Below the pieces are notes generated by a model, which was not told where the DNA came from, did no database searches, and saw only the letters and a list, made by a program, of their open reading frames with translations. From Parcubacteria group bacterium Gr01-1014_3 (lineage in GTDB: Bacteria; Patescibacteriota; Minisyncoccia; UBA6257; WO2-44-18): 64,000 nucleotides of DNA. Position numbers and translations under genes: made by a program. Below are positions 28,670 through 39,123 of this stretch, piece after piece. The DNA lies in NCBI GenBank assembly GCA_007376445.1, contig VMGF01000002.1:103928-167927 (forward strand), in the 5' to 3' direction. Each line of letters starts with the position of its first letter. The stretch's first letter is position 1.

Positions 28670-29452
28670 TTATAGGAAGAAGATGATGATTCCCAGCAGG
28701 ATCATGGCGATCCCGCCTCCGAATCTCATCAATTTATTTTCGCGCCTTTGCCATGACCGGACTTTTTCCAGTAGCGTCTGATTACCCGCGATTAACAAGA
28801 TCAATACTAACGGAGTAACAAAGATCAGGTTATATAAGATCAAATAACCAACCCCCTTAAGATAGGTAGCTTGGTCATGAAGCAGTCCCAGAACCATCAG
28901 GTATGGTCCGCCGGTGCAGGGAAATTCACACAAGCCAACCAGGGCGCCCAGTAAAAAGACGGCCACCCAGGATCCTTTCTCCATCAACTCGGCCATCTTG
29001 TGGTGAGCGACCTGCGGAATACGGAGTTTCATCGGAAAAGCGGGAAAGAATTCGTTGATTAGATTGATGGAACCAAGGCCGATCAGCAAAGCCGCTCCCA
29101 CCTTAGCCATAAAGTGCGGAGTATCGAAGATGTGCAGGGTCTGCAGAATTCCCAGGCCGATCAGCATGTAAACCACAAAGATGCCGAGAACGTAAAGTCC
29201 GCCAAGTTTTAGAATGCTGGAGCGGACTTTCCCAATGCTCAATAAGAAAGCAATTGTCAGGATTAAAATGGAAAAAGCGCAGGGATTAATACTGTCCACC
29301 AACGCCGCAATTCCCACTAAAGGCAAAAGCCATTTGCCGCCGTTGCTCAAATTCCAAACCAGAGAAGTGCTCCAGCTCCCCTCCTTTAAGAAGAAACCGA
29401 ATACGAAAACCAATGCCGCGACCGCGAGAAGAATAATTAATTTTTTATTCAT
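28670..29452 (-). CDS. CcdA/DsbD-like thiol-transfer membrane protein
   Basis: DSINPCAF and CEFPCTGGPY motifs. Confidence 0.8.
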   Translation of the reverse strand: MNKKLIILLAVAALVFVFGFFLKEGSWSTSLVWNLSNGGKWLLPLVGIAALVDSINPCAFSILILTIAFLLSIGKVRSSILKLGGLYVLGIFVVYMLIGLGILQTLHIFDTPHFMAKVGAALLIGLGSINLINEFFPAFPMKLRIPQVAHHKMAELMEKGSWVAVFLLGALVGLCEFPCTGGPYLMVLGLLHDQATYLKGVGYLILYNLIFVTPLVLILLIAGNQTLLEKVRSWQRRENKLMRFGGGIAMILLGIIIFFL

Positions 29453-29456
29453 ATGA

Positions 29457-29996
29457 TTATGGTTCCACGGTCGCGGAAATTTTAATTTCGAGCGGATTTC
29501 CTACGGAATTTTCCAGGAAAACGATCCGTTCAATTCGACCAACGCCGGATGGGCCATGCGCCGCCGGATCAAAAGCAACGTCAATGACGACCTCTTCGTT
29601 AGCGGCGAGAGTTTGATTAATCTTCGGGACAGCTCCATGACCCGGCATGCCAAATGGGCCCATCGATTCGCCATTTCTCGTGAATGTTGCCAGCGTGCAC
29701 ATGCAGGATGTAGTTATTCTTTCAATCACGACTGGATCACTACTTAAATTTTTCAACTGAAACTGATGACGGACTTTCCCTTTGGCCATGGAAATGGATC
29801 CGAAATCAAAGGATTTTTCCTCCAGGACCAGCGCGCCTACCGTATCAGGCGCTAGATTCGCGTTAATGTTTGCCTGTTGATCAGTTGGCGATGGTTGGGC
29901 AAGCCAAATCACTATGCCGAACAAGGAGATTGCCAGTAACACACCGATAATATTTTTTGGATTTTTAACCATAATTAAGAAATTAATGAATAACAA
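29457..29996 (-). CDS. DUF1573-like exported Ig-fold protein
   Basis: FDFG, TSCMCT and FDP..HG motifs. Confidence 0.75.
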   Translation of the reverse strand: MLFINFLIMVKNPKNIIGVLLAISLFGIVIWLAQPSPTDQQANINANLAPDTVGALVLEEKSFDFGSISMAKGKVRHQFQLKNLSSDPVVIERITTSCMCTLATFTRNGESMGPFGMPGHGAVPKINQTLAANEEVVIDVAFDPAAHGPSGVGRIERIVFLENSVGNPLEIKISATVEP

Positions 29997-30060
29997 AAAA
30001 CCTCAATGACGAGGCAATGGCGCGGATCATAAATGCCGCGGACTAGGCGGAATTTATGGT

Positions 30061-30471
30061 CTACGCCCTACAAAAGGCCGGACTGTTTTCGTGAAACGAA
30101 AGCCAGCTGGTAATTTTTTCAAATAAAGAGGTGGATCGCTGATCGGCGTCCGTAAAACGCGCGTTATTCAGTCGGAAGGATGGAACATAAAAAACTTTTC
30201 TCAAAAATACGAATGAAAAATATGCCAAAAATATAATGGTCGCTATACTTACAACTCCACTGATGGTAGGGGCGAGAAAACTATTTAAAATGCCAGAATG
30301 CAAATTAAGCATCGAAAGAATATCCTGGGTTGATGCGCAATCGATACCTTGAATCACCGAGATAATACACGGACTGCCGCTATGGTCAGAACTATGGTTC
30401 ATGCCAAAAAGACCGAACATCGTAGTTCCGATAAATATTACGCTTAATACAATAGTTAGAGTTAATTTCAT
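30061..30471 (-). CDS. Hypothetical membrane protein
   Basis: His/Cys-containing loop, W...HENSP C-terminus. Confidence 0.65.
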   Translation of the reverse strand: MKLTLTIVLSVIFIGTTMFGLFGMNHSSDHSGSPCIISVIQGIDCASTQDILSMLNLHSGILNSFLAPTISGVVSIATIIFLAYFSFVFLRKVFYVPSFRLNNARFTDADQRSTSLFEKITSWLSFHENSPAFCRA

Positions 30472-30526
30472 TTTTACGTAATCATTATACCAAATTTCCG
30501 GAAAAAAGCCAATAAAAAAACCGCCC

Positions 30527-30907
30527 CTATGGGGCGGGTGGCTGAGTCAGCCAAGGTGGGAGCATGGCAACTATCACTTCTGTGTAGAAAATCTCTTTCT
30601 TCTCATTGTAGGAGTAGCACAGACCGGAAATACTCACAGTTGGTTCACCGATCACTCCGCGAAAAAGCATATCGCCAAACTCCAGCTGATTCTCGATTAA
30701 CTTGCCCTTTTTGATTTCGCCATCAGACAAAACCGGTGGCTTCGGAATTCTGGTTTTTATTTCGTCCGATTGCCCTTCAAAGGCATAAAGCATAGAGAGC
30801 AAGGCAAGCGTTGGGTTAATCTCTGGCGGCATCAGCCACCTCCCTAAATCAAATTCCTGATTTGATCGGGCAATCAATCCACAATGGATTGATTTAGCCT
30901 TTCTCAA
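30527..30907 (-). CDS. Hypothetical protein
   Basis: ORF only. Confidence 0.4.
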   Translation of the reverse strand: MRKAKSIHCGLIARSNQEFDLGRWLMPPEINPTLALLSMLYAFEGQSDEIKTRIPKPPVLSDGEIKKGKLIENQLEFGDMLFRGVIGEPTVSISGLCYSYNEKKEIFYTEVIVAMLPPWLTQPPAP

Positions 30908-30960
30908 ACTAAACAGATAATACCAAAAATCACCGAAACAGTCAAGCCGCCCGGGAATGC

Positions 30961-31716
30961 CTACTCAGCCCAGATTACAAAAGTAAAGACCTTCTGGCCA
31001 TTACCGAAATCACGCTCATGGAGAGATGCTTTTTTATCGGATGAGGTGCGGATAACCTGACCCCAAGAGGCGCGATCGGAGTGATCGATATCCTGATTAG
31101 CAGACGCGGCGGTTTGGCTCGCGGTATTAGTAGTGTCTAAGTGAGCATAGATCGTCTCCAGCATATCGTAGTCATGCTGGTTCGGGTGCTGATTAGACAG
31201 CGGGTCATTCGAGTAATCCATGCAGGTGTCTAAGTTCGGATTAGTGAAATTCTCGTCTTGATGATCAAGGCCGATGGTGTGGCCGACTTCCTGACACATG
31301 ACTAAATTTTTCCAAGCCGGAGTATTATATTTCGCGGTGTTGAAATAGGTGTCATTCACTTTTACCGTGCCCTGAACAATATGGGTCCCGCTCGCCCACA
31401 CGCTGGCGATACCAAGCCATCCATTATTACCATACTTGCTATTGCAAACTTCAACGCGCCCGGAAACCGCTCGGCAGTTCTTCGGATTAGATCTGCCCGC
31501 CACAACGTTCGTATCCAAAACACTAGACGCGCTCCAGTCCGCCGCTGTCGTAGCAAGATACGGATCCCACAGGCTGGACACATTATCTCCTAGTTTGAGA
31601 TTTAACGGATTGGCAGTTCTAGCCCAATGATACCCGCCCCAGGAATGGCTCGCGTACGCGAACGCGCCAACAGAACCAACCAACAAAACCGCTAAAGATA
31701 AAAGTATTTTTTTCAT
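30961..31716 (-). CDS. Secreted metzincin-like protein
   Basis: Signal peptide; QEVGHTIGLDH and CMDY Met-turn. Confidence 0.7.
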   Translation of the reverse strand: MKKILLSLAVLLVGSVGAFAYASHSWGGYHWARTANPLNLKLGDNVSSLWDPYLATTAADWSASSVLDTNVVAGRSNPKNCRAVSGRVEVCNSKYGNNGWLGIASVWASGTHIVQGTVKVNDTYFNTAKYNTPAWKNLVMCQEVGHTIGLDHQDENFTNPNLDTCMDYSNDPLSNQHPNQHDYDMLETIYAHLDTTNTASQTAASANQDIDHSDRASWGQVIRTSSDKKASLHERDFGNGQKVFTFVIWAE

Positions 31717-31801
31717 ATGAATAAGTGTATATGATTCTCACAAAAAATGGAATATCCCCAGCTTTACAATCTAGGCTTATTTGATTACATTTATTACTAT
31801 A

Positions 31802-32815
31802 ATGAACCCAAAGAAAGCTCTTATTACCGGCGTTACCGGTCAAGACGGCAGTTATTTAGCCGAACTATTACTCTCTAAAGGCTATGAAGTGCACGGCATC
31901 ATCCGGCGCGCTTCTTCTTTTAATACCGGCCGCATCGCTCATATTTTTCAGGATGTTCATGAATCCGAAAAAAGATTCCACCTCCACTATGGAGATCTGT
32001 CCGACGCCGCCACGATCCGTAAACTGATCTATGAAGTTCAGCCGGACGAGATCTATAATATCGGCGCGCAATCGCATGTTCGGGTTTCTTTTGATATTCC
32101 AGAATACACCGCAGACATCACCGGCTTAGGCGTTTTAAGAGTTTTGGACGCCATTAAGGATTTTCAGGAACACACCGGTAAAAAAGTAAAATTCTACCAG
32201 GCTTCTTCGTCAGAGATGTTCGGCGCGACACCGCCGCCCCAACATGAAAACACCCAGTTCCACCCGCGCAGCCCATATGGTTCCGCCAAAGTCTTCGCGT
32301 ATCACACTACCAGAAATTACAGGGAAGCTTACGGAATTTTCGCGGTCAACGGAATTCTTTTCAATCATGAAAGCCCAAGGCGCGGCGAAACTTTCGTAAC
32401 CCGGAAAATTACCCGTGGTATCGCGCGAATCAAGGCCGGACTGGATAAAAAGATCTATCTTGGAAATTTGGATGCCAAACGCGATTGGGGCTACGCTCCG
32501 GAATATGTTGAGGCTATGTGGATGATGCTTCAACAACCACATCCGGATGATTATGTAATCGGCACCGGCGAATCACGTTCCGTAAAAGAATTTTTGATAG
32601 AAGCTTTTAAGCATTCAGGTCTTGGCGACTGGAAAAATTATGTTGAGATCGATCCGCGTTATCACCGCCCGACGGAAGTGGAAAGTCTTATCGCTGATAC
32701 CCGAAAGGCCAAAGAAAAATTAGGCTGGACTGCTAAGACCAAGTTTTCCGATCTCGTAAAAATAATGGTAGACGCGGACATAAAAGAAATATGCGGAGAG
32801 AAATCCGGAAAATAG
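31802..32815 (+). CDS. gmd: GDP-mannose 4,6-dehydratase
   Basis: [39 protein letters not shown]. Confidence 0.97.
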   Translation: MNPKKALITGVTGQDGSYLAELLLSKGYEVHGIIRRASSFNTGRIAHIFQDVHESEKRFHLHYGDLSDAATIRKLIYEVQPDEIYNIGAQSHVRVSFDIPEYTADITGLGVLRVLDAIKDFQEHTGKKVKFYQASSSEMFGATPPPQHENTQFHPRSPYGSAKVFAYHTTRNYREAYGIFAVNGILFNHESPRRGETFVTRKITRGIARIKAGLDKKIYLGNLDAKRDWGYAPEYVEAMWMMLQQPHPDDYVIGTGESRSVKEFLIEAFKHSGLGDWKNYVEIDPRYHRPTEVESLIADTRKAKEKLGWTAKTKFSDLVKIMVDADIKEICGEKSGK

Positions 32816-33993
32816 GCGTTGGGACGGTTAAGATCTCCGCTCTCGGCAAGAAATACGTGAACCAGGCGATGGATAACGATCGTCTTTCTTACGGTCCATT
32901 TTTGCGGAGATTTGAAAACGAATTCGCGGCGCTCCACGACCGAAAATTCGCCATCAGCTGTAATAGCGGGACCAGCGCTCTTCAGATCGCGCTTGGCGCG
33001 ATGAAAGAAATCCACGGCTGGAAAGATGGCGACGAGGTCATCGTGCCCTCCATCACCTTTATCGCCACCTCCAATATCGTCCTGCAAAACGGCATGAAAC
33101 CGGTTTTCGTTGATGTCGATTCCCTGACCTGCAACATGGATCCGAATAAGATAGAAGCTAAGATAACCGATCGGACCCGCGCTATCATTCCGGTGCATCT
33201 TTTCGGACTCTCCGCGGAAATGGAACCGATCATGAAGATCGCTAAAAAGCATAACCTAAAAGTCATCGAGGATTCTTGCGAAACGATGTTCGTTAAATAT
33301 AAAGGCGCGCCGGTAGGTTCACGTGGTGATATCTCCTGCTTCTCGACCTACACAGCTCACTTGGTGGTAACCGGAGTCGGCGGTCTGGCGTTGACCAACA
33401 ATCCGGAATACGCCGTGGTCATGAAAAGCATGATGAATCATGGCCGGGACTCAATTTATCTGAATATTGATGCTGATGACGCGCTGAGAAGCGACAAAGA
33501 AATTTTAAAAATGGCCGATCGCCGGTTTTCCTTTATTCGCATGGGGTATAGTTTTCGTCTGACGGAACTCGAGGGCGCGCTCGGAGTCGCCGAACTCGTC
33601 CAGCGTACTCAGAATCTGAAAAATCGTTTAGCTAACGCTAAGTATCTTATTGCCGGTCTTTCTAAATACAAAGATCTAATCCAGCTGCCGTCTTGGCCAA
33701 AATACGCCGAACACGCCTTTATGATGTTCCCTCTAGTGGTCAAACATCCTAAGCTCAAGCGGGATGAAATAATCACTTACTTGGAAAAAAATGGGATAGA
33801 GACCCGGTATCTGATGCCGCTAATAAACCAACCATATTATAAAAAGATCTTCGGCGATATCGAATCTAAATATCCCGTCGCGGCCTGGATCAATAAAAAT
33901 GGATTTTATGTTGGATGCCACCAGACTCTCAATAAAAAGGATCTTGATTATATGATTGAAGTATTCTCTAAATTCCTGAACAAATGGATCTAA
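32791..33993 (+). CDS. DegT/DnrJ-family PLP enzyme, ColD-like (His at the Schiff-base position)
   Basis: NSGTSAL, IEDSCE; FSTYTAHL where aminotransferases have FS....K. Confidence 0.8.
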   Translation: MRREIRKIGVGTVKISALGKKYVNQAMDNDRLSYGPFLRRFENEFAALHDRKFAISCNSGTSALQIALGAMKEIHGWKDGDEVIVPSITFIATSNIVLQNGMKPVFVDVDSLTCNMDPNKIEAKITDRTRAIIPVHLFGLSAEMEPIMKIAKKHNLKVIEDSCETMFVKYKGAPVGSRGDISCFSTYTAHLVVTGVGGLALTNNPEYAVVMKSMMNHGRDSIYLNIDADDALRSDKEILKMADRRFSFIRMGYSFRLTELEGALGVAELVQRTQNLKNRLANAKYLIAGLSKYKDLIQLPSWPKYAEHAFMMFPLVVKHPKLKRDEIITYLEKNGIETRYLMPLINQPYYKKIFGDIESKYPVAAWINKNGFYVGCHQTLNKKDLDYMIEVFSKFLNKWI

Positions 33994-34922
33994 CTAAAAA
34001 AAATATCTTACTGACCGGCGGTGGCGGTTTTTTGGGCAAACACGTCTTCAAGAAATTGCTCGAACGGGGCGTATCCGCCGATAGGATTTATATTCCGCGA
34101 TCCAAAGAGCATGATCTTCGCGATCCGGCCGTCTGCGAAAAGCTAGTCCAAGGAAAAGATGTGGTAATTCATTTGGCGGCGGCGGTTGGCGGTATCGGTT
34201 TCAATCGGAAATACCCCGGAAAAGCATTTTACGACAATGCTTCCATGGCCATGCACTTATTAGAAGCTTTTCGTAAATCCGGCGGAGAGAAATTTGTTGG
34301 TATCGGCACGGTTTGCGCTTACCCCAAAATTTTACCGGCGCCGTTCTCCGAAAATGATCTTTGGGCGGGTTATCCTGAAGAAACCAACGCGCCATACGGT
34401 CTCGCGAAAAAAATGATGCTGGTCCAGTCGCAGGCTTACCGCCAGGAATACGGCACTAACGCTATCCATCTTTTAATGGTCAATCTTTATGGCCCGAAAG
34501 ATAATTTTCATCCGGAAAATTCTCATGTCATTCCCGCCTTGATAGACAAGATCGCCGAGGCCAAAAAAAATAATCAGCCGTCGGTGGAGGTCTGGGGCAC
34601 CGGCAAGGCCACCCGTGAATTTCTCTTTGCCGAAGACGCGGCGGAAGCCATCGTGGCCGCGGCGGAAAAATATAATAGCATTGAACCGGTTAATATCGGC
34701 TCCGGGCAGGAAGTGAGCATCAAAGATCTGGTGGATGTAATCTGTCGATTGGTTGGATTTAACGGTGAAATCCGCTGGAATGCCGATAAACCCGATGGTC
34801 AGCCTCGCCGAGTCCTGGATATCAGCCGGGCAGAAAAAGAATTTGGATTCAAGGCTCAGACAACACTTGAAGCTGGCCTAAAAAAGACGATTGATTGGTA
34901 CTATAAAATCTACAAAAAATAA
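33984..34922 (+). CDS. fcl: GDP-L-fucose synthase / ColC-like epimerase-reductase
   Basis: HLAAAVGGI, YGLAK, NLYGP.D, SHVIPAL, WGTG...REF, KPDG. Confidence 0.92.
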   Translation: MDLTKKNILLTGGGGFLGKHVFKKLLERGVSADRIYIPRSKEHDLRDPAVCEKLVQGKDVVIHLAAAVGGIGFNRKYPGKAFYDNASMAMHLLEAFRKSGGEKFVGIGTVCAYPKILPAPFSENDLWAGYPEETNAPYGLAKKMMLVQSQAYRQEYGTNAIHLLMVNLYGPKDNFHPENSHVIPALIDKIAEAKKNNQPSVEVWGTGKATREFLFAEDAAEAIVAAAEKYNSIEPVNIGSGQEVSIKDLVDVICRLVGFNGEIRWNADKPDGQPRRVLDISRAEKEFGFKAQTTLEAGLKKTIDWYYKIYKK

Positions 34923-37429
34923 TGAAAATCGCTCTCTGTTTTTTAACTTATAACGAAGCTGAATGCCTCCGTAAAATGTTGCCTGGCCTGGATTATTCCA
35001 TGTTCGATGATGTTTTCGCGGTGGATGGCGGTTCAACAGATGGTTCACTGGAAGTTTATAAACAGCATGGTATCCGAGTAGCTCTTCAGAAATCCCGGGG
35101 CCGTGGAGAAGCTTTCAAATTCGCCGAAAAATCCACCGACGCAGACGCTATAGTTTATTTCAGTCCGGACGGAAACGAAGATCCTAAGGACTTTCCAAAA
35201 TTCAGGGAACAGCTCGAAAAAGGCGCGGATATTGTGATCGCCTCCCGGATGATGAAAGGCGCTTTCAATGAAGAGGATATCTCCTGGTGGCGGCCCCGAA
35301 AATGGGTAAATAATCTGTTTACCTTGGCGATCAATATTCTCTGGAACCGTTCCGGCGCTTATATCACCGATTCCATCAACGGATTCCGTGCTATCCGCCG
35401 TGGCCTGATCGAAAAACTTGGCCAGGACGCGATCGGCTACACGATTGAATACCAAAATACGATGCGCGCGCTTCAGAAAAATCTGAAGATCACCGAATTT
35501 CCTACCCGGGAAGGCCAGCGCCTCGCCGGTGAAACCAAGGCGCACTCACTAGAAGTCGGCATAAAATTCCTAAAGTGCTTGTTTCAAGAAATTTGGCTTT
35601 CTCCGCCATGGCGTCTCATTCTTCCGGTACTAGCAGCGATTTTCGTGGGATTAGTTTATATCCTACCGCCGATCTTTATCAGAAATCATATCGAAAATCA
35701 GGGCGGATCATTTTTACTAGTTCAGCCGGAAACCTATCGGGATGAATTTTTCAGCAATCTGCCAAAAAACCGGGAAGTTTACGATGGGCACTTTCCACCA
35801 GCCGGACCGTACGCCGATGATCTCCCGCGGACCCTTCTCAATCCGCTTCCACCCACGATCTTTTCCGGATTTTTATATCTCTCAGACGGCGATGTCAATA
35901 ACGCGTATCTCGCCATGCAATTCTTGTTTTCAGCCGGTGTCTTTCTACTGCTTTATGCCCTGGGTTTAAAATTGATGGGTTCCGGACTCTGGGGAATGTT
36001 TTTAGGATTCCTTGGAGTCTTTACGCACTTTGCTCAGATGATCTTTTATTATCCCTACCGCGATTTTCTGAATATCTTCGTTAAGGATTTTATACCACTG
36101 GTCCGATCCCCAATCGACAAGCTTCACATTGCGCGGATCGATGATCCGCTCATCACCCTTCCGGTCTTCGCGGCGGCCCTTCTCGCTTTTTATTTATTTT
36201 GGAAAAAACCCAAATTCTCCACCGCCGCCATATCGGCCGTCTTAGCTGGACTGCTTGCCTATACCTACCTTCACCACTGGCTGGTGATGATGTCTATCAT
36301 CGGCATTCTCTTTTTACTGGCGCTAGCCTTCTATCGTCAAGATAAACCGCGGATTAAAAATTTTATATTCCTCCTGGCTATCACGTTTGTTATTTTAATT
36401 CCTTACTTCGTAAATAATTTTTCTTTTCTCGCGACTTATGGCGAAGACTTCGCTCTGCGGGTCGGCCTGGAAAAGGGGCGCGACTTGGCCTGGAAGTTCC
36501 TTACGACCACGCACATTGGCCTGGATCATATAATCTATACGCTCCTTTTAGCCGCCGTTTACTTTGTTTATTTCCGATGGCTGAAAAATAAAGATAAAGG
36601 CATATTTTTTATGGCCTGTGTCTTATCGATGTTCGCGGTGTGGCAAATACCGACTATCCTCGGGTCTATCCCGCAGTTTTCTCACTTAATGAAATCCTTG
36701 AGCCTAATAGCGCTAATTCTGATCGTCAATATAATTTATGACGCGCATAACGGACTCGGCGCGCGTGGCAAAAAAATAGTTCGCCTATTTATAATACTTC
36801 TCATAGTGGGAATGGCCGGTAAAAAAACAATAAATACCGCTATATTTATTAATCCTCCAGCTGGTGTGGTGGAGGTTTATTCATTCCCGAAGGATATTTT
36901 GGATTCGTGGAAATGGATCGACGAAAACCTTGGCAAAGAGCCGAAAATCGTCTCTTCCTCCCTGGTTACCTCTCTTTATCTCGCGTCCAACACCGTTGCC
37001 CGGCCATATCTGCCAACAGGATTCATCTCTACCCTACCGACCGTAGAGCTAGAGAAGCGCTTTTTGCTGGTCAATAAGCTATTTTCCGTATCTCCCGAGA
37101 TATTACAAAGGAGGCTGGACGACTTCAAAGATGGCTTCCAGGACCGCTGTTTTGGCCAAAAATGCGTTCATGCATCCGAATTCAATTTCACTAAAACCCG
37201 CTGGTATCTAACCGAACATGGCTGGCATATGACCAGAATGGCTAAAGAACCGGCTAAGGTGATTGAAGAGTACAAAAAAATGCCTGCTTCCTGGGCAGAA
37301 ACCAATTCGGATTATATTTACTATGGGCCGTGGGAAAAACAGTTCGCCGTAAAAAATTTCTCAACCGATAAAAATCTAGATTTAGTCTATAAAAATAGTC
37401 TAGTAGAGATCTATCGGATCCGAAAGTAA
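34922..37429 (+). CDS. GT2 (DPM1-like) glycosyltransferase fused to a polytopic membrane domain
   Basis: YNE, VDGGSTDG, ASR, TD...GFR in about the first 225 aa, then roughly a dozen TM helices. Confidence 0.8.
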   Translation: MKIALCFLTYNEAECLRKMLPGLDYSMFDDVFAVDGGSTDGSLEVYKQHGIRVALQKSRGRGEAFKFAEKSTDADAIVYFSPDGNEDPKDFPKFREQLEKGADIVIASRMMKGAFNEEDISWWRPRKWVNNLFTLAINILWNRSGAYITDSINGFRAIRRGLIEKLGQDAIGYTIEYQNTMRALQKNLKITEFPTREGQRLAGETKAHSLEVGIKFLKCLFQEIWLSPPWRLILPVLAAIFVGLVYILPPIFIRNHIENQGGSFLLVQPETYRDEFFSNLPKNREVYDGHFPPAGPYADDLPRTLLNPLPPTIFSGFLYLSDGDVNNAYLAMQFLFSAGVFLLLYALGLKLMGSGLWGMFLGFLGVFTHFAQMIFYYPYRDFLNIFVKDFIPLVRSPIDKLHIARIDDPLITLPVFAAALLAFYLFWKKPKFSTAAISAVLAGLLAYTYLHHWLVMMSIIGILFLLALAFYRQDKPRIKNFIFLLAITFVILIPYFVNNFSFLATYGEDFALRVGLEKGRDLAWKFLTTTHIGLDHIIYTLLLAAVYFVYFRWLKNKDKGIFFMACVLSMFAVWQIPTILGSIPQFSHLMKSLSLIALILIVNIIYDAHNGLGARGKKIVRLFIILLIVGMAGKKTINTAIFINPPAGVVEVYSFPKDILDSWKWIDENLGKEPKIVSSSLVTSLYLASNTVARPYLPTGFISTLPTVELEKRFLLVNKLFSVSPEILQRRLDDFKDGFQDRCFGQKCVHASEFNFTKTRWYLTEHGWHMTRMAKEPAKVIEEYKKMPASWAETNSDYIYYGPWEKQFAVKNFSTDKNLDLVYKNSLVEIYRIRK

Positions 37430-37485
37430 GTTTTTTTCTGTTGACTTATCCACCGACCAATTGCGCGCTTTGCTATACTTAGCCT

Positions 37486-38475
37486 ATGACAAAAAAATAC
37501 TTACTCTGGGCAGTATTGGGCGCCTTGGTGGTCGGAGGCTACTATTTACTTTCTCAGCCGGTAACTCCGGGCACCGATGAGGTGACTGGCGTACCAACTA
37601 CAGACAAACCTAGCACCGGTTCCACGGCGTCTAAACCGGCGGGTTCAGTTCCGGCTAAAGACCTGGGCAGACTGGTCTTTTCCATCACTGACGAAGCCGT
37701 TAAATTAGACAACGCGCAATCGGTACTCGTAAATATCACCCGAGTTGAAGCTTTTAACGCTCAAAAGGGCTGGGTTACAATCTCCAGCACTCCGCAAACC
37801 TTTGATCTCGTTCAGTTAAAGAAAGATGGTCGCTTCGTGCTCTTGGGCGACAAGCAAGTCTCTTTCGGCGACTATACCCAGGTCCGACTAGTGATCGGCA
37901 CCGTGGTCGTCCTGAAAGATGGCGTGGCGCATGACGCAAGGATCCTTAATAAAGATTTACGTCTCGTCACCAACTTTGCCGTTGCCCGTGGCGCGACTTC
38001 CGCGGTTACGGTAGATATCCTTGGCGACAAATCACTCCATCGGACTTCCAGCGGTAAATATATCTTCGCTTCGGTTTTAAATCTTAAGACCTATGAACGC
38101 GTGGAGCAGGTTCAGATCGCGAATAAAAAAGTTGAATTAATCGGCGGAACTATTAAATATAATTCAACCATCGGTGTTGATGAAAATGGCGATCTCAAAA
38201 TCGGCTACGAGATCAACTCGGCTGCCACCCTAGAAATCCTGGGCGACGCGATCATTGTTACTTCAGCCGGTTATGACACCAACTTCTTCAAGTTCAGCGC
38301 GGCGGAATCAATTAAGATCGCCATCGACGCGGGCCACATCGCGGTAGCGCTATCAGCCAAATCGATTAATAACGACGAATATAGTCCGGTCTGGCAGATC
38401 ATTGGCGTAAAGAATGGCAAGAGAGTGCTGGTGAAAGTTCACGGCACATCCGGAAAGATAATTTACGTCCAATAA
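37486..38475 (+). CDS. DUF4382-like exported protein
   Basis: N-terminal TM, SITD, FDL, G.YTQVRL. Confidence 0.65.
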   Translation: MTKKYLLWAVLGALVVGGYYLLSQPVTPGTDEVTGVPTTDKPSTGSTASKPAGSVPAKDLGRLVFSITDEAVKLDNAQSVLVNITRVEAFNAQKGWVTISSTPQTFDLVQLKKDGRFVLLGDKQVSFGDYTQVRLVIGTVVVLKDGVAHDARILNKDLRLVTNFAVARGATSAVTVDILGDKSLHRTSSGKYIFASVLNLKTYERVEQVQIANKKVELIGGTIKYNSTIGVDENGDLKIGYEINSAATLEILGDAIIVTSAGYDTNFFKFSAAESIKIAIDAGHIAVALSAKSINNDEYSPVWQIIGVKNGKRVLVKVHGTSGKIIYVQ

Positions 38476-38483
38476 GCCGAAAC

Positions 38484-38532
38484 AAAAAAACCGTCCGCCA
38501 ACATTTTCAAAGTTGTGGCGGACGGTTTTTTT
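38484..38532. terminator. Bidirectional terminator
   Basis: AAAAAAACCGTCCGCC...GGCGGACGGTTTTTTT between convergent genes. Confidence 0.75.
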
Positions 38533-39056
38533 TAAAGCTGGGGTTCCTTAATCGAGTAGATTGCTCCAAAAGCCTTTTCTAATATTTCCGTCCCGTTTCC
38601 ATCATGCCCTAAAACAGACGCGTGAGAAAAATTTAATCTGGCCGTGCCCGGCCTTTGTGCTCTAAAAGATATTTGTAAAATATTCCCCACTCTCATATAT
38701 TCCGGGTTAGTGAGGGCCCCGGAAAATTTTAATATTCCTTCGGTATTTGAGAAAGTTGGAGGATTTATCCAAAGATCGATAATTGAATCCTCGTAAGAAA
38801 TGGAATCGATCTCCAACAACTCTTTCGGAAACTTAACTACCGCCTCCGCCGCGTTAAAATCCACCGCGGAGCTAATTGCCACAAACACCGAAAAATTATC
38901 GCCGGAGGTAATGGTGGCGGTTTGCGGAGATAAAGCAAGATACGCGCCTAGGTCATCGCTAGCTAAAAACGAAGTACTGGCTAGGACGGCGGCCAGGGCA
39001 ATAAAGGCGGCGGCGATTAGAAGATAAAGATTGTGTTGTTTTAGTTTATCTAGCAC
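38532..39056 (-). CDS. Cohesin-like domain exported protein
   Basis: N-terminal TM; LSP, NA.E...FP..L, W...P, F.A...G.A.L.F, DG.GT. Confidence 0.7.
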   Translation of the reverse strand: MLDKLKQHNLYLLIAAAFIALAAVLASTSFLASDDLGAYLALSPQTATITSGDNFSVFVAISSAVDFNAAEAVVKFPKELLEIDSISYEDSIIDLWINPPTFSNTEGILKFSGALTNPEYMRVGNILQISFRAQRPGTARLNFSHASVLGHDGNGTEILEKAFGAIYSIKEPQL

Positions 39057-39077
39057 CGCTTAAAACTAAAACAATCA

Positions 39078-39096
39078 CTCTAAGAAAGCTCTAAGA
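39078..39096 (-). promoter_or_regulatory. Tandem direct repeat CTCTAAGA, 11-bp period (putative OmpR-type box)
   Basis: CTCTAAGA at 39078-39085 and 39089-39096, just upstream of the cohesin gene. Confidence 0.45.
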
Positions 39097-39123
39097 TATG
39101 GTTAAAATCTTTCTCGATTAAAA

